Part shown: positions 1 to 12,368 of the stretch, piece after piece
Layout of the letters: every line of letters begins with the position of its first letter
Numbering within the stretch: position 1 is the stretch's first letter
From: Eledone cirrhosa
Lineage: Eukaryota
Direction of reading: 5' to 3'
Assembly: GCA_964016885.1 (NCBI GenBank)
Contig: OZ024740.1
Span: forward strand, 357,926,001-357,990,000
Length of the DNA stretch: 64,000 nt
Notes under the pieces: generated by a model
The model's database searches: none
What the model was told of the DNA's origin: nothing
Seen by the model: only the letters and a program-made list of their open reading frames with translations
Program-made: the position numbers and the translations under genes

Positions 1-373
1 TTTAAGATACCCTTTAAAATCCTATAGCTGGCAGGTTAAATTTAAATCAATTTTTGGCATAATTAAAATATTTAAATTATCTTTTCAAAAAATCCAATCC
101 AAGCTATGATAAGACTGCAGTTGAATTTCTGATGATCCAACTCTTACATGGAAAATAATGTAGTAACAATATAGTGGGGATAAAATATAGGAAAATGAGA
201 AATGAAGATAGTGTGTGCATTGTCTGCAGACCTTCAGGAGAAAATAACCTAAGATAAGGGAATAGTATTTGTCTAACAAATTAGCATATTTAAAATGTTT
301 GTGCTGGTTCTCTCTTACACTTATCAAGAAATTTCAAAAGTCTTAAGTCTAAAATGTTATGTTGTAAAATAGT

Positions 374-639
374 CTTAACCTTTTTGATAAACCTTTTATA
401 GATAATAAATGTTTCTAGATACAGATGAAACTTCATTTTAACATGTTTATTCATATATTAAAACTTTTCTTCATAATTTTATTTTAGAAATTTTTCTAAA
501 GAAATGTTTTAGATATCAGTTTACTAATGAAAAACAGTTATCTTATGAAATTTTTCCAAATATTTGGTTATTTTCAAAATTAATTGAAACAGTGTATAGG
601 CAGTGTATTTCATTAGAAATATGGTAATGAAAGGGTTAA
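374..639. mobile_element. TTAA-flanked MITE-like element (degraded); related piece ~8250-8413
   Basis: Starts ttaacctttt and ends gaaagggttaa. Internal sequence resembles 8250-8413, which also ends aaagggttaa. Confidence 0.45.
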
Positions 640-1670
640 GGATATAAAACCATTTCACTTTTAGTTTTTACACTTTTGTCTCTGGTGAGATCTAGGCAAT
701 TATTGTAAATTTGAAATTTGTTTGACAACTGCGAGGAAAACGTTGATAAGGAGAAAGATTCCATAGAGATACAAGTTTAAAGAGAAATTTCATAGAGCTG
801 CAAGTCTAGGGAGAAATGCTTGTACAAAGTGTTCATATTAAAGCTTCAGATATAGACTAGGATCACATAATAAGATGTGCTGGAGCTGGATAGTATTCAG
901 CTTGCTAACTCAACCTGCTGAATGGCATTTTGAGATGTTATCTATGCACAGAACTCTTCCTGATATGAAAGTAGTTTTCTAAATGGGCTGCACTTCAGTT
1001 TTGAGGAGGATAAGCAACCAACCAAATTTGTATTTTCTGGCACTTAAGAGGAAGCTTAATGTTTAGGATGTGGTTTTGACCATGCTATATAATGGTCACA
1101 AAACATGCATATCTAACATGTGGTGTCTAAGCTATATGTGAATGAAACCTGCATGGAAAAGGCTGAAGAGTGAAAGATAGTGTCATCTTTTGTAGGAGTG
1201 TATAACCCCACCCCCCTAAACAAACAGGTCATTAATGTACAGATGAAAAACTGATGAAGACAACTGAACCTTGGGGTATACAAGAGTAGATAGAATATAG
1301 ATCAGCATATAGAGCCGAATAGGAAACTTCCAATCCAAATGTTCATAAGTGAACAATTCAGCTAAACACATGAGATATTCCTTCCTTGTTCTTTCTTTTC
1401 TTTTCTTTGTCTCATGAGATCCTTGTGCTATAAAAAACACAATACCTTCTCCCTGATGTCACATAAAATTCTATGAGTACATGTTATAGCTTAATTGCTA
1501 TAAGTTATTGTTTTGTCTCTTACTCCATGGACAGCGCTTTGGCTTGTGTCAGATGCTGTGACTCCGGAAGGACCAGCAGAACTATTGGAGGGGTTGAAAC
1601 TGCTAAAGTCCATCTCAACGGCTGAAGATTCTGGAGTTCTGTGTCTTTCATTTGTATATATATATATATA

Positions 1671-2460
1671 TCATCATCATCACCGTTTTACGTCTATTCT
1701 TCCATGCTAGCATGGGTTAGACGGATTCTCCTGTTGTGGGCAATGCCAGGTCAGGTGACCATGTCTTGCTCATACGGGAACTGATTTTGGCTTGATTTCT
1801 ACAGTTGAATGCCCTTCCTAACACCAACCTCATTTTCAGTGAGTACTGGGTGCTTTTTTACCATGGCGCCTACATGACCATTTTATAGTGTGGACTGGGT
1901 GCTTTTTTATCATGACACCTTCACGATCACTTTGCAGTGGGAGGGGATGGGGACATATTGCCTATATGCTTCAGCTTCGGCTTGTACCCGTGGGAAGTCG
2001 AATCTTCTGTATTACTGTGTAACGCCAGAGGTCTTGGTCCTGTGTCATCGCCTTTGATAGGTGCAATTGGGAATGGTCAGCTTTTATTACCTCATCCCAG
2101 GTTTTCTTGGGAGTCCCCACTCCAAGGCTTCTATTGACTTTTAGTGCTCTGAACCTTTTATGCAGCTGTCATCCTTCATACACATCACATGTCCATACCA
2201 ACACAACCTCCTCTCCTGCACACAGCTTTTGATTCCGCTTATGCTTTGCCATTTGCATATATTACTATTACACATCCATCAGAGCATGCAAGCTTCATTT
2301 CTTTCTAATCTACGCAAGTCTTCTTCACACAGCACCCAGGTCTCACTACCATGTAACATTGCTGTTCATATGCACGCATCATACAGTCTGCCTTTCATTT
2401 TGAGGGAAAAGCTTTTTGCAGCTAGCAGTGGTAGTAGTTCCCTGAACTTCTTCCATCCCC
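1671..2460 (-). mobile_element. RTE-clade LINE, 5'-truncated 3' fragment
   Basis: Encodes GWKKFRELLPLLAAKSFSLKMKGRLYDACI, matching the copy at 11490. Carries the 3'UTR motif ggttggtgttaggaagggcat and a (GAT)n tail at ~1671. Confidence 0.85.
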
Positions 2461-2972
2461 ATATATATATATATATATATACATTATATAGTGTAGCAAG
2501 CAAGCACCATAGATTTAAAATGTAAATTTCCAGTAAATCACGACAGTTACTCAATTTCAAATCCCAGCTACACATATTGCACTTCACTTTAATGTCATTA
2601 ATGAATTTTAGAAGGTGGGGAACAAATGCAACAAGTAGATTTCTCTTCTCCTTGCAATAGGATAATTCAAATATAAAACAAATTGCAATGTATTTGTTAA
2701 ATTAGAATTCTAGAAAGTTAATAATATGCTTCCAGAGAACTAATAATTGAAGCCAATTGAAAATTAGATGAAAGAACAAGTATAATTTCATCCTATAATA
2801 AAATGCATGTTATTTTCTTCTCAATTTCATTCAACAAATATCGATTACCAAAAAGACCCCAAAGATACCATTTTAGTAAGGAGTATCTAACCCAGTCTGT
2901 TATGATGTCATCAGCTAAATTAATAAGAAGCAAAAATAATAGCAAATGAGTAAAACAATCAGTAAATCTTAC

Positions 2973-3080
2973 CTGCTGAATCATATCCTCTATATTCCAG
3001 ACGCTTTAAACCAGTTATTAGAGTATTCAAAATCTGTTTACGCGTGACAGGAGTCAAGTAGTTGAGATAGGCAAATATAC
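2973..3080 (-). CDS. GFPT: Glutamine:fructose-6-phosphate amidotransferase, coding exon 2
   Basis: Minus strand reads tttattgtag|GT ATA TTT GCC TAT CTC AAC ... GAT TCA GCA G|gtaaga = (G)[35 protein letters not shown](G), the GFAT N-terminal signature. 108 nt, phase 1-1, canonical AG/GT. Confidence 0.95.
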
Positions 3081-3391
3081 CTACAATAAATAAAATAAAT
3101 GAGGCACCTTTGAAATATATATTACTAATAAGAAAAAATTTCATTTATACACATTTTTTTATAAATGAGGTAAAAAAACACGGTTTCAAAAATTAAATTT
3201 CATATTCTTTTTTGAAATATTCAAAGAATTATTTAGAACAAATGGTCTTATAAAGTTATATCCTAGCAATATCAACATGATATTGTATGCTTCAAAACTA
3301 CCACCAATGCCTCAACACATATTATTCAGCATTTACTTAGATGAAAGACTATACTTGTAGAAAAGTCAACATCAAAATAGGATAGATTTAA

Positions 3392-3595
3392 CCCTTTAGC
3401 ATTTAAACTGGCTATATCTGGCCAGAATTCTCCCACCTCTTTCTGTTCAAACCAGCCAAAACTGGCCACTCATACAGTTAGGGTATTGTTCTCAAAATAA
3501 TAATATAAAAATCTCATACATTCGATATTATGTGAGATAAAGCCTTTACAGTGAAAATACAATAGTAAATATAGAGTAATATAAATACCAATGAG
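3392..3595. mobile_element. piggyBac-type MITE (same family as 54643-54863, opposite orientation)
   Basis: TTAA|CCCTTTAGCATT start and degraded ...gag|TTAA end. Internal sequence is the reverse complement of 54643-54863. Confidence 0.7.
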
Positions 3596-4266
3596 TTAAG
3601 GTGATATGGTAAAAGAAAACTTGGTTACAAATAACTAACTATAACAAGCCAGAAATAACAAAATACAACAGAATAAAAAAAATTGAAAATCTGATATGGA
3701 ACATTTTGATAAGATATAATGGCAGTTGCACCTGAGAACATTGTCTAATCACAGATAAGATGATTCTGAAATAAGAAAAATAGATGTATTGCATTCCAGA
3801 CTTGTTTAAGAAAGTGGATGTCAAAATGATACAAGTTTGTTTTACTTAGAAACAGATAAAGTAATTTCAGTTGCTCTTTGAGAGCCAATAAAAAATTCAG
3901 CAGTGAATAAATACCATTTAAAAAGAATTAAAAGTAATTTAAGAACTCAACTATTCTGTAATCTAAGTCTCATTCTGGTATATAAAACCCCAGTGACATA
4001 ATTTAAGGCAAAACATCCTTGAGAAAGTTGTGTACAATAGAACATATGGGTTTGGCTCTAGAGGATTGAAACTAGAATATTTGGTCTAGATATAAAAATG
4101 GCTGATTTTACAAGGGAACTGGCATATATATTGTTATATTTATTCTTCTGTATTCCTGGTAGAAACATTTAACTCAATCTATTCAAAAAGCAATCATGTG
4201 AAAGTACAGTTTATTGATATAAGCAGTGGTGGAGCGAGGAGAAAAGTATGATTGACAATTACTTAA

Positions 4267-4481
4267 CTCTTAACGTCCTGTACCACATGAAACCACATTA
4301 GAAAACAGGAAAAGTAGAAAACATGATTATGACTGCATTATATTAAAAATTGAAGTCATTAATTACTCAAACACTGCAAATTTTTCCAATGATCTGTCCA
4401 CTAGCAAAGATACTATAAACATTTGAATCAACAAACCTGTTTTTATACATTTTCTGATATATCATTATAGGATGTTAAAAG
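4267..4481. mobile_element. TTAA-flanked MITE family 2 (other copies ~9380-9590, 12415-12572, 26737-26955, 45365-45555, 46350-46564)
   Basis: TTAA|CTCTTAACGTCCT...AGGATGTTAAAAG|TTAA terminal inverted repeats. Internal motifs actgcaaattttcac and actataaacatttgaat recur in the other copies. Confidence 0.7.
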
Positions 4482-5042
4482 TTAATTAGTCAGCTCAAAT
4501 CCTTCAGCTGGAAATGAAAGCTTTTTTTATAGAGATGCCTAAACAAGTCAATGGTTGAAGATAATTTAAATCTGAACATCCTTTAATGATTAAGCAGTAA
4601 ATAACTAAAACAAGTTTGTTAATCTAAATATTTATATTATTTTTACCAGCAGACATATCATTGTGAAAATTTACAGTATTAAAGTAAAGACAATTTTAAA
4701 CATGTCAGAGTGCTGTTTTATACCTTCTAAGATGTCATGCTAATGTGGTATTATGCAGTACAGAACATTAAGAGTTAAAGTTTCAAAAGACAAAGGAACA
4801 AAATCTTGAAGTAATTAAATAGTGCATGCATTAAGAAGAAATAAGCTCATGAAGGAGATAACACAAGAACAAGCTGACTGGCAATATGCTACAATACAAA
4901 AGACTTGTCCATCAGTACAAGCACTGTGACACTAAAAGTAAACATGGTGACAGATCAGGGGTGACAGTGTTTGACAATAAAACTGAGAAAATATAGGGTT
5001 TGCGAGGACTCTTCAATCTTGTCAAGCATATGTCAATTTCTT

Positions 5043-5323
5043 TAGTGCTGGTGTCATGATAAAATGTACCCAGTATATCCTGCAAAGTAGTGGTGTTGGT
5101 GACATGATAAAATGTACCCAGTATATCCTGCAAAGTAGTGGTGTTGGTGACATGATAAAATGTACCCAGTATATCCTGCAAAGTAGTGGTGTTGGTGACA
5201 TGATAAAATGCACCCATTCAGCTCAGTAAAGTGATAGTGCTGGTGTCATGATTAAATGCTCCCAGTCTACTCTGTAAAGTGATAGTGTTGGTGTCATGAA
5301 AAATGCACCCAGTACACTTCGTA
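5043..5323. repeat. 48-bp tandem minisatellite (~5.8 units)
   Basis: catgataaaatg recurs at 5055, 5103, 5151 and 5199, followed by diverged units. Explains the repetitive ORFs 4912-5217 and 5022-5213. Confidence 0.9.
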
Positions 5324-5333
5324 ATCTTTTGTA

Positions 5334-5861
5334 TTGGGTTGGTGCATAATTATTGCGGCTTTTTTTCTACAAATTTTAGTTAACAAAAACATCTTTAAAT
5401 GACAGTCGGGTTTTTCTCTTTTCAGAATGCATATCGAAAATCATATCCACATCCGTCATATTATGCTCTACCGCTTCGAGAAAGGTTGGAATGCAGCACA
5501 GTCATTTCGCGATCTCAATGAACTTTTTGGTGAAGGAACAATCAACAAAAGCCAAGTTGAAAGATGGTTCAGGAAGTTCAAATCGGGCGATACAAACCTT
5601 GCAGATGAAGAAGGAAGAGGTCGACCATCAAATTTCAACGACCAGGCACTTTTGGCAGCCGTGGAAGAGGATGAAAGCTTGACAACGAGAATGTTGGCCG
5701 AAGACTTCAATGTGGACCATTCGACCATCGTTCGTCGTTTCAAAAAGCTCGGAAAAGTATGGAAATTGGCTGGGTGGGTCCTCAACGAACTCTCCGATAA
5801 CAACAAAGCCGAATGTGTCTGAATTTTTACAATTTGCCGCAATAATTATGCACCAACCCAA
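5334..5861 (+). mobile_element. Internally deleted mariner transposon (528 bp)
   Basis: Perfect 26-bp TIRs TTGGGTTGGTGCATAATTATTGCGGC (5334-5359 / 5836-5861) with TA target duplications. ORF 5427-5822 encodes the mariner DNA-binding region (WFRKFKSG...GRGRP...WVLNEL, a WVPHEL variant) but no DDD domain. Confidence 0.95.
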
Positions 5862-7994
5862 TATTATGGCATAGCCCCAGTTAGCTTGATCCCATATCAT
5901 CTTTTATGACGTTTAGTTTCTTGAAAACATTCTTCCCAACTTAGGATAAATTTTCTATAGTTCTGAGATATTTTCATGGCTGTTCCAAAATATATATTTT
6001 TTAATTTTGACATTACTTTCAGTCTCAGCTGATATTAAACTTTTGAAAACTGGGTTGTTGTGACATCTCTTTAAAGTGCAACTCTCATGTTGGTAAAAAG
6101 CTCAAGTTTTTCCACTAGTCTCTAAATATGTGGTTCTTTAAAGTTATCAGCAGGTGTACCCTTTAGAATGACTGGCAGTTTGCTTAAAACCATCTGAGAA
6201 CAATACTGTAACTCTACCTATGATCTTAGTGTTACCTTTAAGATCTTGTAAGGTGTGATCTAGAATGGTCTTCCATCAGATTCGATGATGAATGCTCCAG
6301 GATGTCACACAGTGGAATTGAACCAGAAACTTAATGACTGCAAAGCAATCTCTTTAACCATTAGGCCATACTGCATTCACTAGGTGTGATCTAAAATGTA
6401 CGTCTGTGAGACTGTGCATCCATACTATCATCTTGGCCTACTCCAGAATCTCTACTTCATATTATGCATGTATATGAAATTATATACACATGTATATAGA
6501 TAGGATGAAAGTGAAATTGTTGAGAACCAAAGAAAAGACAGACTTTAGAATGAAAAAGAGAAACAAACAAGTTGAAAGAGCTATGTACCTGCTAAGAAGC
6601 AGTTATGTATGTTTCTGTAATTCAAGGAAATATATTACATACATACAATAATAATTAACAGTTTTAACAGGTGTTTACTTGAAATTTGATATTGCTGCTA
6701 ATTCAAAATTAACAACACTGGATGAATTGAGAGGAAGAGAACAGAACTGTCACTACCTCCATCTCTACTGCTCTGCCTATCTCTCACGATTATGAGCAAA
6801 TGGGGGCCCATGTGCTAGCCACTCTGGCTGACAGAATAGAGAAGGCATTTTCCTGGAGGATGGTGAGGGAGTCCTCATTTGGTCATTCCCTGAGAGTATC
6901 TTTGTCAGCCGACCCTTGTATCTCCATGCCTTTTCTTAAATTTTCTTTTTTTACCATGGAGCAGGTGTGAGCTGGAATTATTATCTTGATTATTTTGTGA
7001 TCAATATGATTCAATGGGAAATGGTAATATTGTTTTAAGACAGACACATTTTTTTGTTTACATATAAAGAAAAGGCTTAGTTTTTAATAGGATTTTAGTT
7101 CAAATATTAATTATATACTCACTGCCCCAAATATGGTTTACAAAAACATTTCAAATTATTATTATTTTTTTTTTTTTTTTTGCTTTAGGTTTTAAATTAA
7201 AGAAAAAATTATACGGCTTCATCTTTCCATCCCTGATATGAAAATAATTATTATAAAAAAAAAAAAAATCTCACTATAAACTTAACTATTTATTCAACAC
7301 AAACATTTCTAAAATATTTTCCTTTTCCTGAGGGGAAGAGGGAATTGGCAGTATATCATTAAAAGTTGTTCGCACCTGTACAAGCTAACATAAGCATTAC
7401 AAAAGTATAACTAACTCGCAATATCCTGTAATATGTCTAAAAATGGGTTAATTCAAATGTTTATACTATCTCTACTTGTACAGATTGTTGTGAAAATGTG
7501 TAGTATTAGACCAGTGTTGGGGGCGCACAGCCTGCATGGGGGGGGGGGGGGCAGTTTGAATCTTTAAGGGGACCATTTGAAAATGATGTTATGAGAACAA
7601 ACCTCAGGTTTTACTTTATTACTTTTACACCAAGGCAACTTTAGTGCACATTACTGTCAGACACTCCTGCCTCACCTCCTCCATATGTTATTGTGCATTT
7701 GGCACCACTTATACTACTTATACACCAATTTGTTTACACTTTGCAGTTGATCATTGCTGTTTTCATGACAAAAGGGGACATCATTTTTTAGATGTTGAGG
7801 TGGGGCATGGTGCACAAAAGGTATTAGACTGCAGTGAATTATGCTGAAAATAATAACTTATTGTACAATAATTAGTTATCACTTTTACATTAAAGAGTTC
7901 ATTGCTGCTTTGTACTTTTCAACAATGTCTTGCAGTTGTGTTAAGAGTAGAGAAGACAAAGACAATGATTAGCAAATGCATTTAACCTTTTCCA

Positions 7995-8220
7995 GGGTGT
8001 TGGGTTTACAATAGTCATGTTGTGGGTTTGATTCCTGGACTGGGTTGTGTGTTATGTTCTTGAACAAAATACTTCATTTCATGTTACTCCAGTATAATCA
8101 GCTAAAAATGAGTACCAGTAGTAGTTTGGCGGTTTAATCCTGCAATGGACTGGTGTCCTGTCCAGGGGGAAGTCTTGTAGTCTTAATTGCTTAAGGCCAA
8201 GGAAACCAGGATAAGCATCA
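7995..8220 (+). mobile_element. Degraded tRNA-derived SINE (family of 29573)
   Basis: B-box-like gggtttgattcc, then ttcttgaacaaaatacttcatttc...ctccagt...cagctaaaaatgag, similar to 29655-29715. Confidence 0.55.
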
Positions 8221-8718
8221 TGTGCTGTTTATGATTAAGTGTTTATACTTATCTAAAAGCCTTTCATCATAATTTCATAAAAGAACCTTTGTTAAGTTAT
8301 GTTCCAAACACCAAGTTAATGAGAAAATTATTTTACAAAATCCTGCAAAACTCAATTATTTTTAAGATCATAGGCAATTTCTTTAATTTAGAAATATAGA
8401 AAGAAAAGGGTTAAAGAGTTAACTGAAGAAAAACAAAAAATTCATATGAATTGCACTAATTTTTATGAAGGAACTGTGGGGTTGTTAAATATTGAAATTT
8501 TTTTAAAATCATTTAAAAAAAAAATTCCTTAGAAGATTCAGGCATTTTTAAAGAAATGATGAAAGATCAAAATCATTAGCAAGTGTGGTGTACGATGTCA
8601 GACTGCTCAAACCCTGTATGACACCCCACCCTAACGTTAAAATGCTAATGATAACTGCTCTGGATTTTGAATTAATTCTAGTATAAATAGTTAAATTAGC
8701 TTCAGCCATCAAGACATT

Positions 8719-9330
8719 AATCATCATCATTATTTTAAATCCGCTTTTCCATGATGACATGGGTTGGATGGGTTCTTTCCAGCACAGCATCTCTTCAACT
8801 GTCTTAGTCCCTTGTCATTTCCTCAGTGAGATCTAGTGATTTGATATCACCCAGGTCTTCCTTGTTCTTTCTCTATTGTAGCTTCCTTCTACTGAAATTA
8901 CTTGGCATTTCTTCACCCAGCACTCATCATCTATATGCATCACATGGCCATACCAGCGCAATCCTCTCTCCTGCAAACAACATCTAATTCTTCTTATATT
9001 CAATATCCAACCTCTCTCAGCTCATCTATGCTTTGCTGCTCACATATTTTAACATTCACATCCATCGAAGCATGCTTGCTTCATTTCCCTTAGGCCTTCA
9101 CATATCTACCTATGACTTACTACCATGCAACATCACACTTCATACATACACATCATACAGCCAGCCTTTCTTTCATAGGGAGAAACCTTTTGCTGTCAAC
9201 AAAAGTAGCAGCTCTCTGAACTTACTCCATTCTGTTCTTACTCTAGATTTTATACTCTTTGTGCATGATAATTTTATCACCTAAGTAACAGAAGCTATCA
9301 ACTACTTGTAAGGAGCCCTCCTGGGATTGG
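8719..9330 (-). mobile_element. Degraded RTE LINE 3' fragment
   Basis: Reverse complement resembles the 11400-12360 RTE (catcatacag, gcatgcttgcttcatttc, ccataccagcgca) and has a (GAT)n tail. Confidence 0.7.
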
Positions 9331-9892
9331 AAAACATTTATTGCTACTTACTATCCCAAGTAATGGAACTATATCTATTAACTCTTAATGCCCTGTACTA
9401 CACAAAACCACAATAACAAGGCATTATTGAAAAACACAAAACAGCACTATGACTGTATCACATTAAAATTTCAGTATTTATCCACATACTGCAAATTTTC
9501 ACAACAATCTGTCCACATTAAAGATACTAAAACATTTAAATTAACAAACCTGTTATTAGGTATTTTCTGCTAAATAATTTTAGGATGATGTATCAATTAT
9601 TAGTAAATTTCAGAGATTCTAGGTCAAGATTGTATATAAAGAATTGTAATAAATTAAAAGATGTATAGGATGTGAGTCTGATGTGAAGTAAAAGGGCAAT
9701 GGTGTAACAGAGAATTAGGAGAAAAAAAGAGAGACCTTGTGCTAGTAACCTCAAGATATTAATGGAATAGATTTTACCGATACAATAACAGAGGTAGAAA
9801 CATCTTTGAAAGGATGAATGACAAAATGATCTGGAGTAATGTTGAGATGACCTATGACCAAAGACATTCTAGCTGTGATCATCTTGTATATA

Positions 9893-10082
9893 GGCAGTGA
9901 ATTGGCAGTATCGGTAGAGGGTCGGACGCCATGCTTTCTAGCATAGTTACGTCCCTTTACATTCTGAGTTCAAATCCCGCCGAGGTTAACTTTGACTTTC
10001 ATCCTTACGGGGTCGATAAAATAAAGTACCAGTAATGCACTGGTTAATTGCTGGCCTTGTGCCTAAAGTAGAAACAATTATT
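9893..10082 (+). mobile_element. tRNA-derived SINE family A
   Basis: A-box-like tggcagtatcgg, B-box gagttcaaatcc, central tttcatccttacggggtcgataaaataaagtaccag (resembles Meta/MESC-type core), tail gtgcctaaagtagaaacaattatt. About 11 copies in the window. Confidence 0.9.
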
Positions 10083-10371
10083 TCAAGCAACAGTATATCT
10101 AGAACAACACTATCAAATATGCCATGCCTTATTCAAAAGGGTAGGATGGGAATAAAAGGAAATTTGGCTAATATTTCAAGCAGGTTAAACAACACACAGA
10201 AAGATCCTTCTTTGCTTCATTACTAGAAACACAATGAAACATCTGCAAGAGATTTGAAGTCCCAGTCCATTTGTAGATTGATCTTATATTTTGTGAACGA
10301 TAACTACACTCTTTTTGAACAATTGTTGGCATGACTGGAATTAAATGATATTTATTACAAAGATATAAAGA

Positions 10372-12368
10372 TAGGTAAGGCGGCTGGGCCTTCGGAAATA
10401 GTTGCTGAGATGCTGAAAGCCTCTGGAACGGTGGGACACACCATGATCACCCGGATAGTAAACCAAGTCATACAGAATGGGGTCATTCCGAAGGACTGGC
10501 GTAGCAGCATCATCATTAACTGCTACAAGGGTAATGCCTCTATAGTTTCCCCTAGATAGGGGAAACTATAGAGGCATTAAATTAATTGACCAGGCCATGA
10601 AGGTCACAGAAAAAGTAATAGCGCAACTAATCAGAGAGAGAATTGATCTAGATGAAATGCAGTTCGGGTTTGTGTCAGGCAAAAGTACCACAGACGCTCT
10701 TTTCATTGTACGACAACTACAGGAGAAGTACCTAGCTAAAAGTAAACCCCTATGCTTAGCATTTGTTGACTTGGAGAAAGCCTTTGACAGAGTCCCCTGC
10801 TCCATTATCTGGTGGGCTCTTAGAAAACTAGGTGTTGATGAATGGCTTGTGAGAGCTATACAAGCCATGTATAAAGAAACGGTCAGCAAGGTTAGAATTA
10901 ACAACAAATATAGTGAAGAGTTTAGCGTAAAAGTTGGCGTCCATCAGGGCTCTGTTCTCAGCCCACTACTATTTATTATTGCCCTTCAGGCTATAACAGA
11001 GGAGTTCAAGACCGGCTGCCCATGGGAACTCCTATATGCAGATGATCTAACGCACATAGCTGAATCAATGGCTAAACTAGAGAAGAAATTCCAAACATGG
11101 AAGCATGGCCTAGAATCAAAAGGCCTTAAAATTAACCTGTCTAAGACTAAAGTTCTAGTTTGTAGGAAGGAAAATAGGGCACCGGTCCCATCTGGGAAAT
11201 GGCTATGCTCAGTGTGTAGGAAAGGAGTAGGCAGAAACTCCATTTTATGTCCCAAATGCAAAGTATGGGTGCATAAAAGATGTAGTGGGATCACAGGTAA
11301 GCTAAGAATATAGATTTTATATGTGGCCAGTGCTCAGGTACAATAAGTAGCAGCAAGTGCCCACAGAATATTAGCTCATTCCATTGCACAGATGGTTCTA
11401 TAGAAATAGTGGACACCTTCCGTTACCTGGGTGACAAAATCTGCAGTGGTGGAAGGTGCTCTGAAAGTACAGTAGCTAGAGTCAGAACGGGATGGAAAAA
11501 GTTCAGAGAGCTTATACCACTATTGGCCGCTAAAGGGTTCTCTCTAAAAATGAAAGGCAGGCTGTATGATGCCTGCATACGAACAGCAATGTTACATGGC
11601 AGTGAGACTTGGGCATTGTGTGCAGAGGATATACGCTGACTGGAGAGGAATGAAGCTTGCATGCTCCGTTGAATGTGTAATAGTAATATACGTGAACGGC
11701 AAAGCATAAATGAACTAAGGGAGAAAATAGGAATAAGAGGGATCAGATGTTGTTTACTCGAGAGAAGACTACGTTGGTATGGTCACGTGATGCGCATGAA
11801 AGACGACAGCTGTATAAAAAAGTGCAGGGCGATAAAAATAGACGGTAGCCACAGAGTAGGCAGACCCAGAAAAACCTGGGACGACTTGATAAATTCCGAC
11901 CTCACACACTTACACCTCTCCAAGACAATGTCACTGGACCGAGATCTTTGGCGCTACACAGTAATACAGAAGACCCGCCTTGCCTAAGTACAAAGCGAAA
12001 CCTACAGTCAGTAGGCACCTCTTAACAAAAATACACCCCCGTCCTACTACCCCCACCCCATCCACACCTTTCGATGTAAAGTTATGTTGGTACCACAACA
12101 TCCAGTCCAAAATAAATGAGGTCGTGTAGGTGTCACGACAAAAAAAACACACAGTCCACACTAATGTGGCCGTGTAGGTAACACGGTAAAAACGTCCCAG
12201 TCCACACTGTAAACGTGGTTGGTGTTAGGAAGGGCATCCAGCCATAGAAAACCCGCCAGACAGTCCTATACGAGCAAGACAACCAATCTTGCCTCAAGTG
12301 GGAAAATTCCTGTCCAAACCCATGCAAGCATGGAAGATGGACGTTAAACGATGATGATGATGATGATT
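10372..12368 (+). mobile_element. RTE-clade LINE, 5'-truncated, with RT and a PHD-like Cys/His insert
   Basis: ORFs 10597-11313 (QFGF, FVDLEKAFD, GVHQGSVLSP, LYADD), 11409-11639 and 11673-11987 (RLRWYGHVMRM, GRPRKTW). Stops and frameshifts present; ends in a (GAT)n tail. Confidence 0.95.

Noticed and set aside
1216-1440. 74-aa ORF in GFAT intron 2
   Set aside because: No GFAT motifs (KGKV, HTRWATHG); likely a chance ORF.
1524-1638. GC-richer minus-strand stretch ending in GGA|GTAAGA, considered as GFAT exon 3
   Set aside because: No similarity to the expected GFAT continuation. Candidate acceptors lack a pyrimidine tract and give lengths of 98, 107 or 115 nt, none frame-preserving.
5043-5323. 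Regular repeats superficially like a CRISPR array
   Set aside because: Head-to-tail units without unique spacers, eukaryotic context, no cas genes.
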